IMG/VR virus record: IMGVR_UViG_3300046820_001896
Reading direction: 5' to 3' (one strand)
DNA: 64,000 nt
DNA from: a virus
Lineage: Duplodnaviria > Heunggongvirae > Uroviricota > Caudoviricetes
The position numbers and the translations under genes are program-made. The notes below the pieces were generated by a model. The model was not told the DNA's origin and searched no databases. It worked only from the letters and a program-made list of their open reading frames with translations. This document shows positions 7,347 to 16,065 of this stretch, piece by piece (the stretch's first letter is position 1; each line of letters begins with the position of its first letter).

Positions 7347-7673
7347 ATGCCAGGAATTGCTAGAGTTGGTGTTGACAAAGCCGGTGGAGTAGTCACCGGT
7401 AATTTAGCTCCCACAGTTTTCGTAAATGGTTCACCTATCGTAGTGATAGGTGCAACTATTGCAGGTCACGGACTTGCTCCTCACGCTTCTCCAACTATGG
7501 TTGAAGGAGCTGTTGACGTGTTTGCGAATGGTATAGGTATATGTAGAACTGGCGATTTGGCATCGTGCGGTCATGCTATTTCAGGTTCAGATAATGTATT
7601 AACAGGATTTTACCCAAATCCGGGACCTACACGATTTGGTATTTCGAAATTTGGTGTGGAGAAACAAGGATAA
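7347..7673 (+). CDS. PAAR-repeat spike-tip protein (gp5.4-like)
   Basis: Repeated ...GSP.V.I.G...A..GD.....C..GH...GS..V. motifs typical of PAAR domains. Confidence 0.75.
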   Translation: MPGIARVGVDKAGGVVTGNLAPTVFVNGSPIVVIGATIAGHGLAPHASPTMVEGAVDVFANGIGICRTGDLASCGHAISGSDNVLTGFYPNPGPTRFGISKFGVEKQG

Positions 7674-7674
7674 T

Positions 7675-8094
7675 ATGGCATTAAAATATGCAGATAACGT
7701 TGGATCACAATTATTTGATCCTATTGGAGAAACAGATACTTTTGTAGTAGTAGAATCTGTTACATCATTTCCAGCAAATATATCACCAACTGATTTTGCT
7801 GTAGCAACTATTGCTAACGATGATAATAGTTTAACAGAATCGATTAAAATTACTTTTATTGATCGTCCTACTAGAACATTGACAATAGAACGAGGATACG
7901 ATGATTCGACACCGCGCAATTGGCCAAAAGGATCTAAATTAGAAATTCGTATTTCATCTGGTTTTTTCAGAGCATTTGAAGAACAGGTAAATACATATAC
8001 CGACGATGCAATTTCTGCATTAGAAACTTCATCGAATACAACAACAGAAGCTAAATCTAAAGCAGCATTTGCAGTTGCTTTTGTATTAAGCTAA
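7675..8094 (+). CDS. hypothetical protein
   Basis: ATG 7675 has RBS aaggataat. The listed ORF start 7636 is an upstream extension. Confidence 0.5.
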   Translation: MALKYADNVGSQLFDPIGETDTFVVVESVTSFPANISPTDFAVATIANDDNSLTESIKITFIDRPTRTLTIERGYDDSTPRNWPKGSKLEIRISSGFFRAFEEQVNTYTDDAISALETSSNTTTEAKSKAAFAVAFVLS

Positions 8095-8103
8095 GGAGAT
8101 TAA

Positions 8104-8733
8104 ATGTCTTTTGATTTTGAATTTACGCAAGAAAAACTTGCACACGTTATTCCTAACGCAAAGTATGGAGTAGAAACATGGCACAAAGAATTGGTAGAAC
8201 TTTTACCAGTTTTTGAAATTACTACAGTTGGTCGTGTTGCTGCATTTGTTGCGCAAACTGCTCATGAATCTGGTGGTTATACAGCACTAAAAGAAAACTT
8301 AAACTATAGTGCTGAAGGTTTGCATAAACTATGGCCAAATCGTTTCCCAACGGTTGAGTCAGCTATGCCTTATAATCGTAATCCGCAAGCTATCGCTAAT
8401 AAAGTTTACTCATCACGTATGGGTAACGGAGATGAACATAGCGGTGAAGGTTGGTTGTATTGCGGTCGTGGTCTACTACAATTGACTGGTAAAGCAAACT
8501 ATTCTGCATTCGCACAATACGCAGGTATGTCAGTAGAAGATGCACCTGAATATATCGAATCTCCACGCGGTGCTGTACACTCAGCATGTTGGTTCTGGTA
8601 TTCAAATGACTTGAATACATACGCAGATGCTGGTGATTTCACTGGTATGACTAAGCGTATCAATGGTGGTACAATCGGTTTAGACGATCGTATCAAACAT
8701 TATAATCACGCTGTAGAGATTTTCTCAGCGTAA
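8104..8733 (+). CDS. glycoside hydrolase family 19 endolysin (resembles Acinetobacter-phage endolysins such as LysAB2)
   Basis: AAFVAQTAHESGG ... NLNYSA ... GRGLLQLTGKANY ... ACWFW ... RINGG motif series, as in GH19 phage lysins. Confidence 0.75.
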   Translation: MSFDFEFTQEKLAHVIPNAKYGVETWHKELVELLPVFEITTVGRVAAFVAQTAHESGGYTALKENLNYSAEGLHKLWPNRFPTVESAMPYNRNPQAIANKVYSSRMGNGDEHSGEGWLYCGRGLLQLTGKANYSAFAQYAGMSVEDAPEYIESPRGAVHSACWFWYSNDLNTYADAGDFTGMTKRINGGTIGLDDRIKHYNHAVEIFSA

Positions 8734-8768
8734 CATAATATACACACTTTAACATAAGGAATGTTACA

Positions 8769-9002
8769 ATGAAAAAATTAATGTTAGCATTAGCGATTAC
8801 GTTTGGTATGACTAGTGTTTATGCTGCTGATCCAAAACCAGCACCGAAATTAGATTGCACAAAACCAGCAAATAAGAGTAAAGGTCCATGTCTTAAAGCA
8901 CCTGAGTCAAAAACAAAGGTAGAGATTAAGAAACCTGAGAAAAAGAAAGCTGCACCTGCTGCAACACAAAAGAAAGCTGCAGAAAATAACGCTAAACAAT
9001 AA
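8769..9002 (+). CDS. small secreted Lys-rich protein (signal peptide, cleavage near VYA-AD)
   Basis: N-terminal signal peptide, followed by a terminator. Confidence 0.5.
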   Translation: MKKLMLALAITFGMTSVYAADPKPAPKLDCTKPANKSKGPCLKAPESKTKVEIKKPEKKKAAPAATQKKAAENNAKQ

Positions 9003-9058
9003 GCGTTGCAGAGAACAAGCTTTTTATAGATATCTCTATAAGGGCCGGGGGAAATAAT

Positions 9059-9085
9059 AAAGGGGACGAAAGTCCCCTTTTTTTA
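9059..9085. terminator. bidirectional rho-independent terminator
   Basis: aggggac-gaaa-gtcccct followed by TTTTTT on the plus strand. It separates convergent plus and minus gene blocks. Confidence 0.75.
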
Positions 9086-9098
9086 TGCTTACTACTAT

Positions 9099-9653
9099 TT
9101 AAATAGTAATCGGTACAACTAACCATATACCTTGTGTTAGTAATAGAAGACCTATTACACCAACACCGAGGCTTGCATAATACATTCGCATATTGACAGC
9201 GATGATAGATGCGGATAATAAAACAATGGCGAGTTGGAATAACATTCCAGAGAATGTCAACCATGGACCATGTTTACGTGCTTCTTCACGTTCAGCTTCG
9301 TATGCTCTTGCTTTAGCTAAAAGTTCTTTCTTACCTTCACCAGATACTGGATCAGATTCGTATCTTTCGATCTTTGCTTTTAGTTTATCGGCTCTCGCAT
9401 GATCGCCTCTGTCTTTAGCTGTTTCGTATTCTGCTTCAGCTAATGATTGTTTCAATGATTTAGCTTGAAAGAATCCATACGTATTAGACGCTTTTAACAA
9501 ATTAGTCATCGCTGATCCGCTAAAGCTATTAGCAAAATATGTGTTTAATGCTAAGAACAATGCCATAATGACAATCACTAAACCAGCTTTGTCTTTAATT
9601 TGTGCTTCACGTTCGCTACGTGTCAATGGTTTCTTTTCTACAACTTCAGTCAT
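9099..9653 (-). CDS. membrane protein, DUF4337-like (N-terminal cytoplasmic, TM, coiled coil, C-terminal TMs)
   Basis: Hydrophobic segments and an architecture recalled for the DUF4337 family. Confidence 0.5.
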   Translation of the reverse strand: MTEVVEKKPLTRSEREAQIKDKAGLVIVIMALFLALNTYFANSFSGSAMTNLLKASNTYGFFQAKSLKQSLAEAEYETAKDRGDHARADKLKAKIERYESDPVSGEGKKELLAKARAYEAEREEARKHGPWLTFSGMLFQLAIVLLSASIIAVNMRMYYASLGVGVIGLLLLTQGIWLVVPITI

Positions 9654-9663
9654 ATAATTTCCT

Positions 9664-10158
9664 TTATTTTCCTGCTAATGGGTTATCCAAAGCTTTCTGA
9701 ATCTTATTATCTATCTCTTTACGTACGTTACGGATTTCACGATCTACTTCTTTTTGAGCTTCTGTTGCTTCACGTGCAGATTGTTTAGCTGAACGTTCTA
9801 CTTGTTCAACAACTCCTTCTAAACGACGGATATCATTCTTAAGATCATTCTTGATATCACGTGTGTAGTCATTTGTCTTTGAGCTGTTTTCTTCGATGAC
9901 AGCTAACTTTTTATGCACTTCAGTCAAATCTGGTGTAACATACTCAGCAATCTTTTTCTTCATGCTTTGATAGTCTTTATATACTTCGAATACGCCGTAT
10001 AAACCACCAAGTGTTGATGATACGATTGTTGCTGCAATCATCAATTTAGCTGGAGTAAATTCATAACCACCAATACTAATTACAGTATTAGCACTCATGT
10101 ATTTTTCTTTAGCATCTGCTAAATCGTCTATCTTTTTGTTTAAGTTTTTATCTGACAT
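9664..10158 (-). CDS. membrane-anchored coiled-coil protein
   Basis: One TM helix (TIVSSTLGGLYGVF) and a charged heptad-rich C-terminus. Confidence 0.55.
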   Translation of the reverse strand: MSDKNLNKKIDDLADAKEKYMSANTVISIGGYEFTPAKLMIAATIVSSTLGGLYGVFEVYKDYQSMKKKIAEYVTPDLTEVHKKLAVIEENSSKTNDYTRDIKNDLKNDIRRLEGVVEQVERSAKQSAREATEAQKEVDREIRNVRKEIDNKIQKALDNPLAGK

Positions 10159-10167
10159 TTTCTTCCC

Positions 10168-10347
10168 TTATTTCCACACTATATGTGTGCTTTTCTTTGT
10201 TGAACTAGATTTAGCAACTGGTTTTACAGGTGCTTTTCGTTTTTGTGGTGATTGAGCCTTAGTACAATTCAATTCGTAAAGCGTATAAAGGGATAGTGCT
10301 AAGGATATCACTGAAATTACATAAGCTACAAATGGCATATAATCCAT
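10168..10347 (-). CDS. small membrane protein (about 60 aa)
   Basis: Internal start MDYMPFVAYVISVISLAL directly follows the stop of the 647-aa gene. Confidence 0.35.
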   Translation of the reverse strand: MDYMPFVAYVISVISLALSLYTLYELNCTKAQSPQKRKAPVKPVAKSSSTKKSTHIVWK

Positions 10348-10348
10348 G

Positions 10349-12292
10349 TCAATCCTTTCTGTTATATTGTGAATCAACCATATCATAGTGCACTTTATCT
10401 GAAGGACCAAATAGTCCCATACTTGCACGACGATTATCAATAGTCTTTTGATTGTTGTATACTGTAAATGGTTTGTAACCTGCCACATCTGGCATTTTTA
10501 CTTGATAAGCATCAAATCCTGGAGTAAAACCCATTGCTTGGATAACTACGTTTTGAATTTGCTTTTGCTGTTCCATATCAGCAGCTTTACCCATGTTTCC
10601 AGCTAAATTTTTACCATCCTCAACTGCTTTAGCTTTTGCTGCTGCTTCACGTCTTGCTTGAAGTTCTTGGCGTGCAGTTGGTTTTGGACTATCTGAAGTT
10701 TTACTATTATTTGTTGATGCAGTTGTTGTAGATCCACCAGAAGATGCTTGTGTATTTGATGGAGCATTTTCTTTAGGTTCTTCTTTTTTGGCTGGTGCAG
10801 GTGCTGTAGCGACTGACGTAACAGAAGTTGGTGAAGATGTGCTCGTAGAACTAACTGAAGGTGTTAAACTAACAGCAGTAGTCGCTGCTGCCGCAGGAGA
10901 CGCAGATGTAGATGTTGATGTAACAACGTTATTAACAACTGGATCTGATATCACCGCTACAGGAGTTGATGATGTATTTGTATTAGATGCTACAACTACA
11001 GTTTCGGCAACAGTAGTTGTTGTCGTAGTAGTAGGTGTGTTTTGTCTTTGTAATGCTTGTTGAGTAGCATACGCTTCACCATAATTTGGGCAACGAGTAG
11101 AATACAAACCGCTTATTGTACATTGTTGACTAAAATATGCTTCTTGATATCCTGGACAATCTGTAGCATATAACGCATTGATAGAACATTGCTGTGCTTT
11201 GTAAGCTTGTTGATAACCACTACACGTTGTAGAATATAATGGATTTAATGAACATTGTAATTCTAAATAAGCTGTCGCATAACCTGGACAGTTCACAGAA
11301 TATAGTGTATTCAATGAACATTGTTGCTCGAAGTATGCTTGTTGATAACCACTACATGTTGTAGAATATAATGGATTAATAGAGCATTGTTGTTGTAAAT
11401 AAGCAGCTTGATAACCTGGACATTGTTGACTATACAATGGATTTGTAGAGCATTGTTGTGTTAAGTGTGCAGCTGCATATCCTGGACAAGATGGATCAAA
11501 TAATGCACTTATTGTACATTGTTGAGCAGTGTAAGCAACTTGATATCCTGGACATGTTGGTGATGATAATGGATTGATGATACACATGTCAACTGGACCT
11601 GTACCATTAGGTGCTTGCCAACTAAAAATACTTGCACTTCCAGGCGTAATGTTTAAACCTCGGCCGTGATAGTATTGATAATACTCACCATTTGCCAAGT
11701 TACCAGACATACCTGAAGTAACTGCATTCCATTGTACCATGGCACCAGCAATTCGTGTATCAACTAAACCAGCAGAGTTGATTTTAATCTCAAAACTATT
11801 ACCGCCTTGTGATGAACAACATTGACTTAAATTATACCAACCATATGTCATACTATTACCTTCACGCAGGTAATATTGGTTTTGGCCATTCCAAGAATAT
11901 AAATCTGTGTGTATACCAAAAATAGAGTAATTGTAACGAGGATCTGTTGTTGTTCTTAAATCAACACCTGTACAACATAATCCATAAGCACCGCTTTGCA
12001 TTGGATCTTGGAACGTTACAACGCCATTAGTCATTGCCCATGAATTATTGAACACTCTACCAAAAAATGGAAAATCAAAACCTAATGGAACATTGCGCCA
12101 ATCGTCATCAGCTGCAGTAATATTAACTGCATTTGGATTTGTGCGAATATTTTGTAAAGGTAAAGCATTAGCGCCTGTTCCAACTGTTATCGACAATCCA
12201 GGAGGAGCACCAGGAATTTGGATCGTAACAAGTTCAGCACGTGCAACAACCGTGCTTACTAATAATAGTAAGGACACAAGTAAGCGCTTCAT
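10349..12292 (-). CDS. secreted modular protein: signal peptide, about 250-aa N-terminal domain, eight tandem repeats of roughly 19-20 aa (QQCSINPLYSxxCPGYQxAY), Thr/Ser-rich linker, C-terminal domain
   Basis: Signal peptide MKRLLVSLLLLVSTVVARA. Tandem two-Cys repeats are visible in both protein and DNA. Poly-Thr/Ser low-complexity region. Confidence 0.7.
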   Translation of the reverse strand: MKRLLVSLLLLVSTVVARAELVTIQIPGAPPGLSITVGTGANALPLQNIRTNPNAVNITAADDDWRNVPLGFDFPFFGRVFNNSWAMTNGVVTFQDPMQSGAYGLCCTGVDLRTTTDPRYNYSIFGIHTDLYSWNGQNQYYLREGNSMTYGWYNLSQCCSSQGGNSFEIKINSAGLVDTRIAGAMVQWNAVTSGMSGNLANGEYYQYYHGRGLNITPGSASIFSWQAPNGTGPVDMCIINPLSSPTCPGYQVAYTAQQCTISALFDPSCPGYAAAHLTQQCSTNPLYSQQCPGYQAAYLQQQCSINPLYSTTCSGYQQAYFEQQCSLNTLYSVNCPGYATAYLELQCSLNPLYSTTCSGYQQAYKAQQCSINALYATDCPGYQEAYFSQQCTISGLYSTRCPNYGEAYATQQALQRQNTPTTTTTTTVAETVVVASNTNTSSTPVAVISDPVVNNVVTSTSTSASPAAAATTAVSLTPSVSSTSTSSPTSVTSVATAPAPAKKEEPKENAPSNTQASSGGSTTTASTNNSKTSDSPKPTARQELQARREAAAKAKAVEDGKNLAGNMGKAADMEQQKQIQNVVIQAMGFTPGFDAYQVKMPDVAGYKPFTVYNNQKTIDNRRASMGLFGPSDKVHYDMVDSQYNRKD

Positions 12293-12294
12293 GC

Positions 12295-12768
12295 TTACTC
12301 TTTACTTTTTACTTTTTGTGGCTTGCGATCTGGATCTGCTTCCCAGATTTGTTTAGCCTGTTCACCGATTTTGCCATCTGCTGGACATGGTGTACCAGCA
12401 TTCATCATAGCTGTGAATACACGTTCATCTTGGCATAAAGTTGATACAGCTGCAACTTTCATACCCATATCGTATAATGAACGAGCTAATTTTAAGCGTT
12501 CGCAGTTCTTATCGGTAACACTACCGCCAAAAGAAATGCCCAACACTTGAGTTTGAGCAGCGCCTGAATATCCTACTGCACAGACGTCACTATTGATAAC
12601 TGTAATTGCTGGTGCAACTGCAGTTGGAGGAGGAGATTTTACTGTTGTTGTGCTATTTGAAGTAGAATCTGTTGTGGATCTACTTGTCGAGTCGGTAACA
12701 ATTGGTTGAGCAATTGTTAATGATGTAGTCATAACAAAAAGCACCGTTGCGGCGATCTTTTTGTACAT
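12295..12768 (-). CDS. secreted Ser/Thr-rich protein with C-terminal Cys-containing domain
   Basis: Start MYKKIAATVLFVMTTSLTIAQP is a signal peptide, with RBS aggaaa 5 nt upstream on the minus strand. Confidence 0.55.
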   Translation of the reverse strand: MYKKIAATVLFVMTTSLTIAQPIVTDSTSRSTTDSTSNSTTTVKSPPPTAVAPAITVINSDVCAVGYSGAAQTQVLGISFGGSVTDKNCERLKLARSLYDMGMKVAAVSTLCQDERVFTAMMNAGTPCPADGKIGEQAKQIWEADPDRKPQKVKSKE

Positions 12769-12853
12769 GGTTTTTCCTGTTTTAGTTATTATAATGAAAC
12801 CAGTGGCATTTTTTGCCACCATGACACTTATTGTTATTTATAAATAAAAGCAT

Positions 12854-13363
12854 ATGAAAACGCACATTTTAGGCAATGGTCCTTCCAATATATTATATGA
12901 ACCAAGCGATGGATACGTAATCGGTTGTAATGTACAAACCCATCCAGTTGATATATCAATTGCTGTTGATATAAAACCATTCCATTTGTACATGGCAAAT
13001 AGGATGATTTTTCAAGGTAAACCTATCATCACTTCTCAATATGCTATGGATGGAATTAAACATAAAGACATTGAGAAAGAACTAGACATCATTTATAAGT
13101 TACCTTTTTTAGAAAAATATATGAGTGCAGGTCATATCGCTGCAAAATGGGCAATTGATAATGGATACACAGAAATTCATCTATGGGGATTTGACTCAAT
13201 TTGGTCAGATAGCCAAGAAACAAAAACTGACATACTAATTCCTAGAGATAGACGGCAACACGACTTACCTATCCATTGGAGAGAAAAATGGCAACAATTT
13301 AAAACATACAACATAATCGTGCATAACACAATAGAAGGCACACAACTGAAAGACTTAATATGA
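12854..13363 (+). CDS. hypothetical protein (169 aa)
   Basis: ORF preceded by the palindromic tatttataaata motif. Confidence 0.5.
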   Translation: MKTHILGNGPSNILYEPSDGYVIGCNVQTHPVDISIAVDIKPFHLYMANRMIFQGKPIITSQYAMDGIKHKDIEKELDIIYKLPFLEKYMSAGHIAAKWAIDNGYTEIHLWGFDSIWSDSQETKTDILIPRDRRQHDLPIHWREKWQQFKTYNIIVHNTIEGTQLKDLI

Positions 13364-13638
13364 ACAAGAACCAAATACAAGAGATTGATTTCGATTTCGG
13401 GTTTACTGCTGTCGATGAGGAAGAACTTGAAGCGGTACAAACAGTCACTGCACAAGTAGAAGCAACAAGCGGGGAAGTAGAGACACTTAAAGAAAAGTTG
13501 AAGACGCTACGTGCATGTATCGAACCACTACTAAAGAATCTGGAAGCAAATCCTGAGAAAGCATACATCCACTGGCCAGATCGTACAAGCAAGGTTAAGG
13601 CATTTAGGAGTAAATTAGACTCGATACAAAAGTTCTAA
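13360..13638 (+). CDS. hypothetical acidic protein
   Basis: ORF with ATGA overlap of the upstream gene. Confidence 0.5.
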   Translation: MNKNQIQEIDFDFGFTAVDEEELEAVQTVTAQVEATSGEVETLKEKLKTLRACIEPLLKNLEANPEKAYIHWPDRTSKVKAFRSKLDSIQKF

Positions 13639-13680
13639 TTTCACCTGGTGAAATGCACCACATCCAAGTCCCTCCGTGCA

Positions 13681-13707
13681 AGCCAATGATTTCATTGGCT
13701 TTTTCTT
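13681..13707 (+). terminator. rho-independent terminator
   Basis: agccaatga-tttc-attggct followed by TTTTCTT. Confidence 0.6.
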
Positions 13708-13742
13708 GCTGAAAAAAAAGTGAAAATATTTCGCCCAGGCTA

Positions 13743-13771
13743 TGTACAAACTGCAGGAAACGCTGTATAAT
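13743..13771 (+). promoter_or_regulatory. sigma70-like promoter of the catgtaca...tgtataat family
   Basis: tgtaca at 13743-13748, 17-nt spacer, tgtataat ending 13771. Confidence 0.55.
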
Positions 13772-13802
13772 GGTTACATAAATTGAAAAAGCGAGGTAAA
13801 TT

Positions 13803-14150
13803 ATGAAATACACATTAGACGAAGGCATCTCAAAAGCTGTACAACTTATGCAAGATAGTTACATTAATTTGTACAAAGCTCGCGCTGATGACAATGCTGC
13901 ACGCAAAGTTTTTGCTGCAGAACAAGTAGAAAAGTTTATCAAAACTACACGTATTGAAAAAGGTCGTAACTATGTAAAAATTGCCGCTGATGGTAGCGTT
14001 AAATTTTTTGTCGTAGCAAAAGCAACAAAAGGTTTTAATGTCGGTGATATTTTGAAAGCTGCATCGTGGCGTGCACCAGCAACAAACTTTGCACGCGGTA
14101 ACGTTATCGATGGAGATTTTAGTCAAATTACATGGACAGGAGCATACTAA
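13803..14150 (+). CDS. hypothetical protein (115 aa)
   Basis: RBS gaggtaaatt precedes the ATG. Confidence 0.55.
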   Translation: MKYTLDEGISKAVQLMQDSYINLYKARADDNAARKVFAAEQVEKFIKTTRIEKGRNYVKIAADGSVKFFVVAKATKGFNVGDILKAASWRAPATNFARGNVIDGDFSQITWTGAY

Positions 14151-14302
14151 TGATTCGAGTAGTAATTGGTTTTCTGATAGTTTTTGGTGCAGTTGGTGGC
14201 ATGGACAGTGGTACTGATGCGCAATTACCTGCACAGATCGCTCTGGCGGTTACAGGATTGGCATTGATGTACTTTGGTACTAAAAAAATAAATGCGAATT
14301 AA
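14150..14302 (+). CDS. small membrane protein (about 50 aa, below the ORF-track cutoff)
   Basis: ATG overlaps the upstream stop (taATGa). Translated by hand as MIRVVIGFLIVFGAVGGMDSG... Confidence 0.35.
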   Translation: MIRVVIGFLIVFGAVGGMDSGTDAQLPAQIALAVTGLALMYFGTKKINAN

Positions 14303-14312
14303 TTCGCAAAAA
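14290..14312. terminator. perfect palindrome tgcgaattaattcgca flanked by A/T runs (bidirectional hairpin)
   Basis: 16-bp palindrome with aaaaa downstream and ttttt on the opposite strand. Confidence 0.4.
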
Positions 14313-14316
14313 GCAT

Positions 14317-14344
14317 GTACAAACAAGAAAAAGTGTGGTATAAT
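14317..14344 (+). promoter_or_regulatory. sigma70-like promoter of the catgtaca...gtgtggtataat family
   Basis: tgtaca at 14317-14322, 16-nt spacer, tataat at 14339-14344, ending 5 nt before ATG 14350. Confidence 0.55.
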
Positions 14345-14349
14345 TAATC

Positions 14350-14508
14350 ATGACAAAACGAAAGGTAACTCGCAAAGCAAATCCGATAGCGAAAGATTTG
14401 CGTACACCGAAGTACCGCATGCGTGTTGTCAAAAGCAAGAAAGCTTACACACGTAAGCAACGTAGTGAAATCATTAACATTGAAATGGAGTTAAATCATG
14501 GGTCGTAA
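14350..14508 (+). CDS. ArfA-like alternative ribosome-rescue factor homolog (52 aa, very basic), possibly translated from a leaderless mRNA
   Basis: Hand-translated MTKRKVTRKANPIAKDLRTPKYRMRVVKSKKAYTRKQRSEIINIEMELNHGS. The core resembles the E. coli ArfA segment [28 protein letters not shown], recalled from memory. The ORF is below the track cutoff. Confidence 0.4.
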   Translation: MTKRKVTRKANPIAKDLRTPKYRMRVVKSKKAYTRKQRSEIINIEMELNHGS

Positions 14509-14983
14509 AGCACGTGTTTATCAAGCAGAATTTGTTCAAAAGTTCGAAGACAAGTTCTATTCAGAATTCCCTCAAGTAAAGAGTGGTGGTACATTCCTTT
14601 GGAAAGATGCAGTTAAAGTCATGCGTCAACTTGGTTTGAATCCACGTAACGGTAACGAATATCCGTTTTACTTCTTTACTAACAAAGTTTCGAAAGGCGT
14701 TTACAAAATGCCAACGAAACCAGCATTGATCGCTGGTACACCTGCAGCAACTGCAGCAAGCATCGTTAAATCGAAGCAACCAAAGGTAGCGAAGACGCCT
14801 AAAGCGACAGTAGCTCGCGTGTCCGCACCGAAAGTCACCACAGCTGTGACACGTATTAAGAAGTCAGATAAGTCCGATTCAGATATCGGCACTGGTGGAT
14901 TCGACAACGATGTATCATTCGATGACGTAGCATCTCTGCGCGGCGAATTTGGTCTCGGCGAATTCCGTAACACACTAGACTAA
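14498..14983 (+). CDS. hypothetical protein (161 aa), Ala/Lys-rich centre
   Basis: RBS ggag precedes the ATG. Confidence 0.55.
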   Translation: MGRKARVYQAEFVQKFEDKFYSEFPQVKSGGTFLWKDAVKVMRQLGLNPRNGNEYPFYFFTNKVSKGVYKMPTKPALIAGTPAATAASIVKSKQPKVAKTPKATVARVSAPKVTTAVTRIKKSDKSDSDIGTGGFDNDVSFDDVASLRGEFGLGEFRNTLD

Positions 14984-15070
14984 GCTCCTTTCCTTTCGCT
15001 TAGACTGACCACCACATTCGGGAGAATCTGGCTATATAGGTCGCCGCATTAGAGTAAGCGGCTCCATTTA

Positions 15071-15259
15071 TTGAAAGGCTATATGATTAGACTTTGGTTG
15101 GCATTTTTCGTAATATTTTTTCTGTTTTATGTTGGTATTCCTACATTCCATAAACTCACTGGTCGTGAGAAGTGGGCTGTAACGAAGATCGCATTGTACA
15201 GTTTTGTGTGCTCTTTGCTTGCAATCGGCGCAATGATTTTGATCGTGATTTTATTTTAA
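15071..15259 (+). CDS. small membrane protein (62 aa)
   Basis: Two hydrophobic helices. Confidence 0.4.
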   Translation: MKGYMIRLWLAFFVIFFLFYVGIPTFHKLTGREKWAVTKIALYSFVCSLLAIGAMILIVILF

Positions 15260-15277
15260 GGATTTATATGAAGACAT

Positions 15278-16065
15278 CTATGAAACTCTTGGCTATCGCA
15301 ATGGCCGTCGCTGCACTCCCAGCATGTACACGTATTGAGACTGGCGAAGTCGGTGTACGAGTTGGTTTCGATAAACAAGTTCAACAAGGCGAACTCTTGC
15401 CTGGTTCGTTCAATCAAGTGTTGATTGGTGATGTGCTTACATTCCCAATCAAAGATGTGAACGTTAAGCTCGAAGATATGACACCTGTTGCAAAAGACAA
15501 TAGCACAATGAAAGACTTCGATGCTGTTGTAATCTATAACATCAATCAAGCACAAGTCGCTGAGCTCTATAGCCAAAAGAGTCAAGCATTCCACGCTCGT
15601 CATAACGGCGACATCTATCTGATGTACAACTATATCGTTCAAACTACTCGTAATGCTATTTACAAAGAAGCACGTAAATACGAAGCATTAGACATGGCTG
15701 ACAATCGTCAAGCAATGGAACAAGCAATCAAAGAACAGATCCAGAAATCACTCGCTGAAGAAAAGCTTGATGGTAGTTTGATGATCGGTCAAGTGTTGAT
15801 TCGTAACATCGTTCCTGCTGATTCAGTCGTTGAGAGTGCAAACGCATTGGTTCGTGCAAAGAACGAACTAAAGCAAAAAGAAGTTGAAGTGCGTACAGCT
15901 AAAATGGAAGCTGAACGTATGCAAGCATTGTCCAATCAAGGTGCAAGTTCTATCGCATACATGAATGCTCAAGCTGCATTGAACATCTCTGAAGGTATTA
16001 AGAACGGTAAAGTGCAAACCATCGTTGTACCTAGCAACATGACTGGCTTGATGATTGGAAAATGA
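15278..16065 (+). CDS. SPFH/band-7 domain lipoprotein
   Basis: Lipobox LPAC after a signal peptide, and an SPFH-like N-terminus ETGEVGVRVGF. The listed ORF start 15172 is an upstream extension. RBS aaggattt. Confidence 0.6.

Noticed and set aside
10788-11063. plus ORF inside the 647-aa minus gene
   Set aside because: Complement of the Thr/Ser-rich linker region. Low-complexity shadow frame.
12833-12850. tatttataaata as a bidirectional late promoter for the minus island and the 12854 gene
   Set aside because: It lies only about 7 nt from ATG 12854, so it may simply be AT-rich spacer. Kept only as a low-confidence note.
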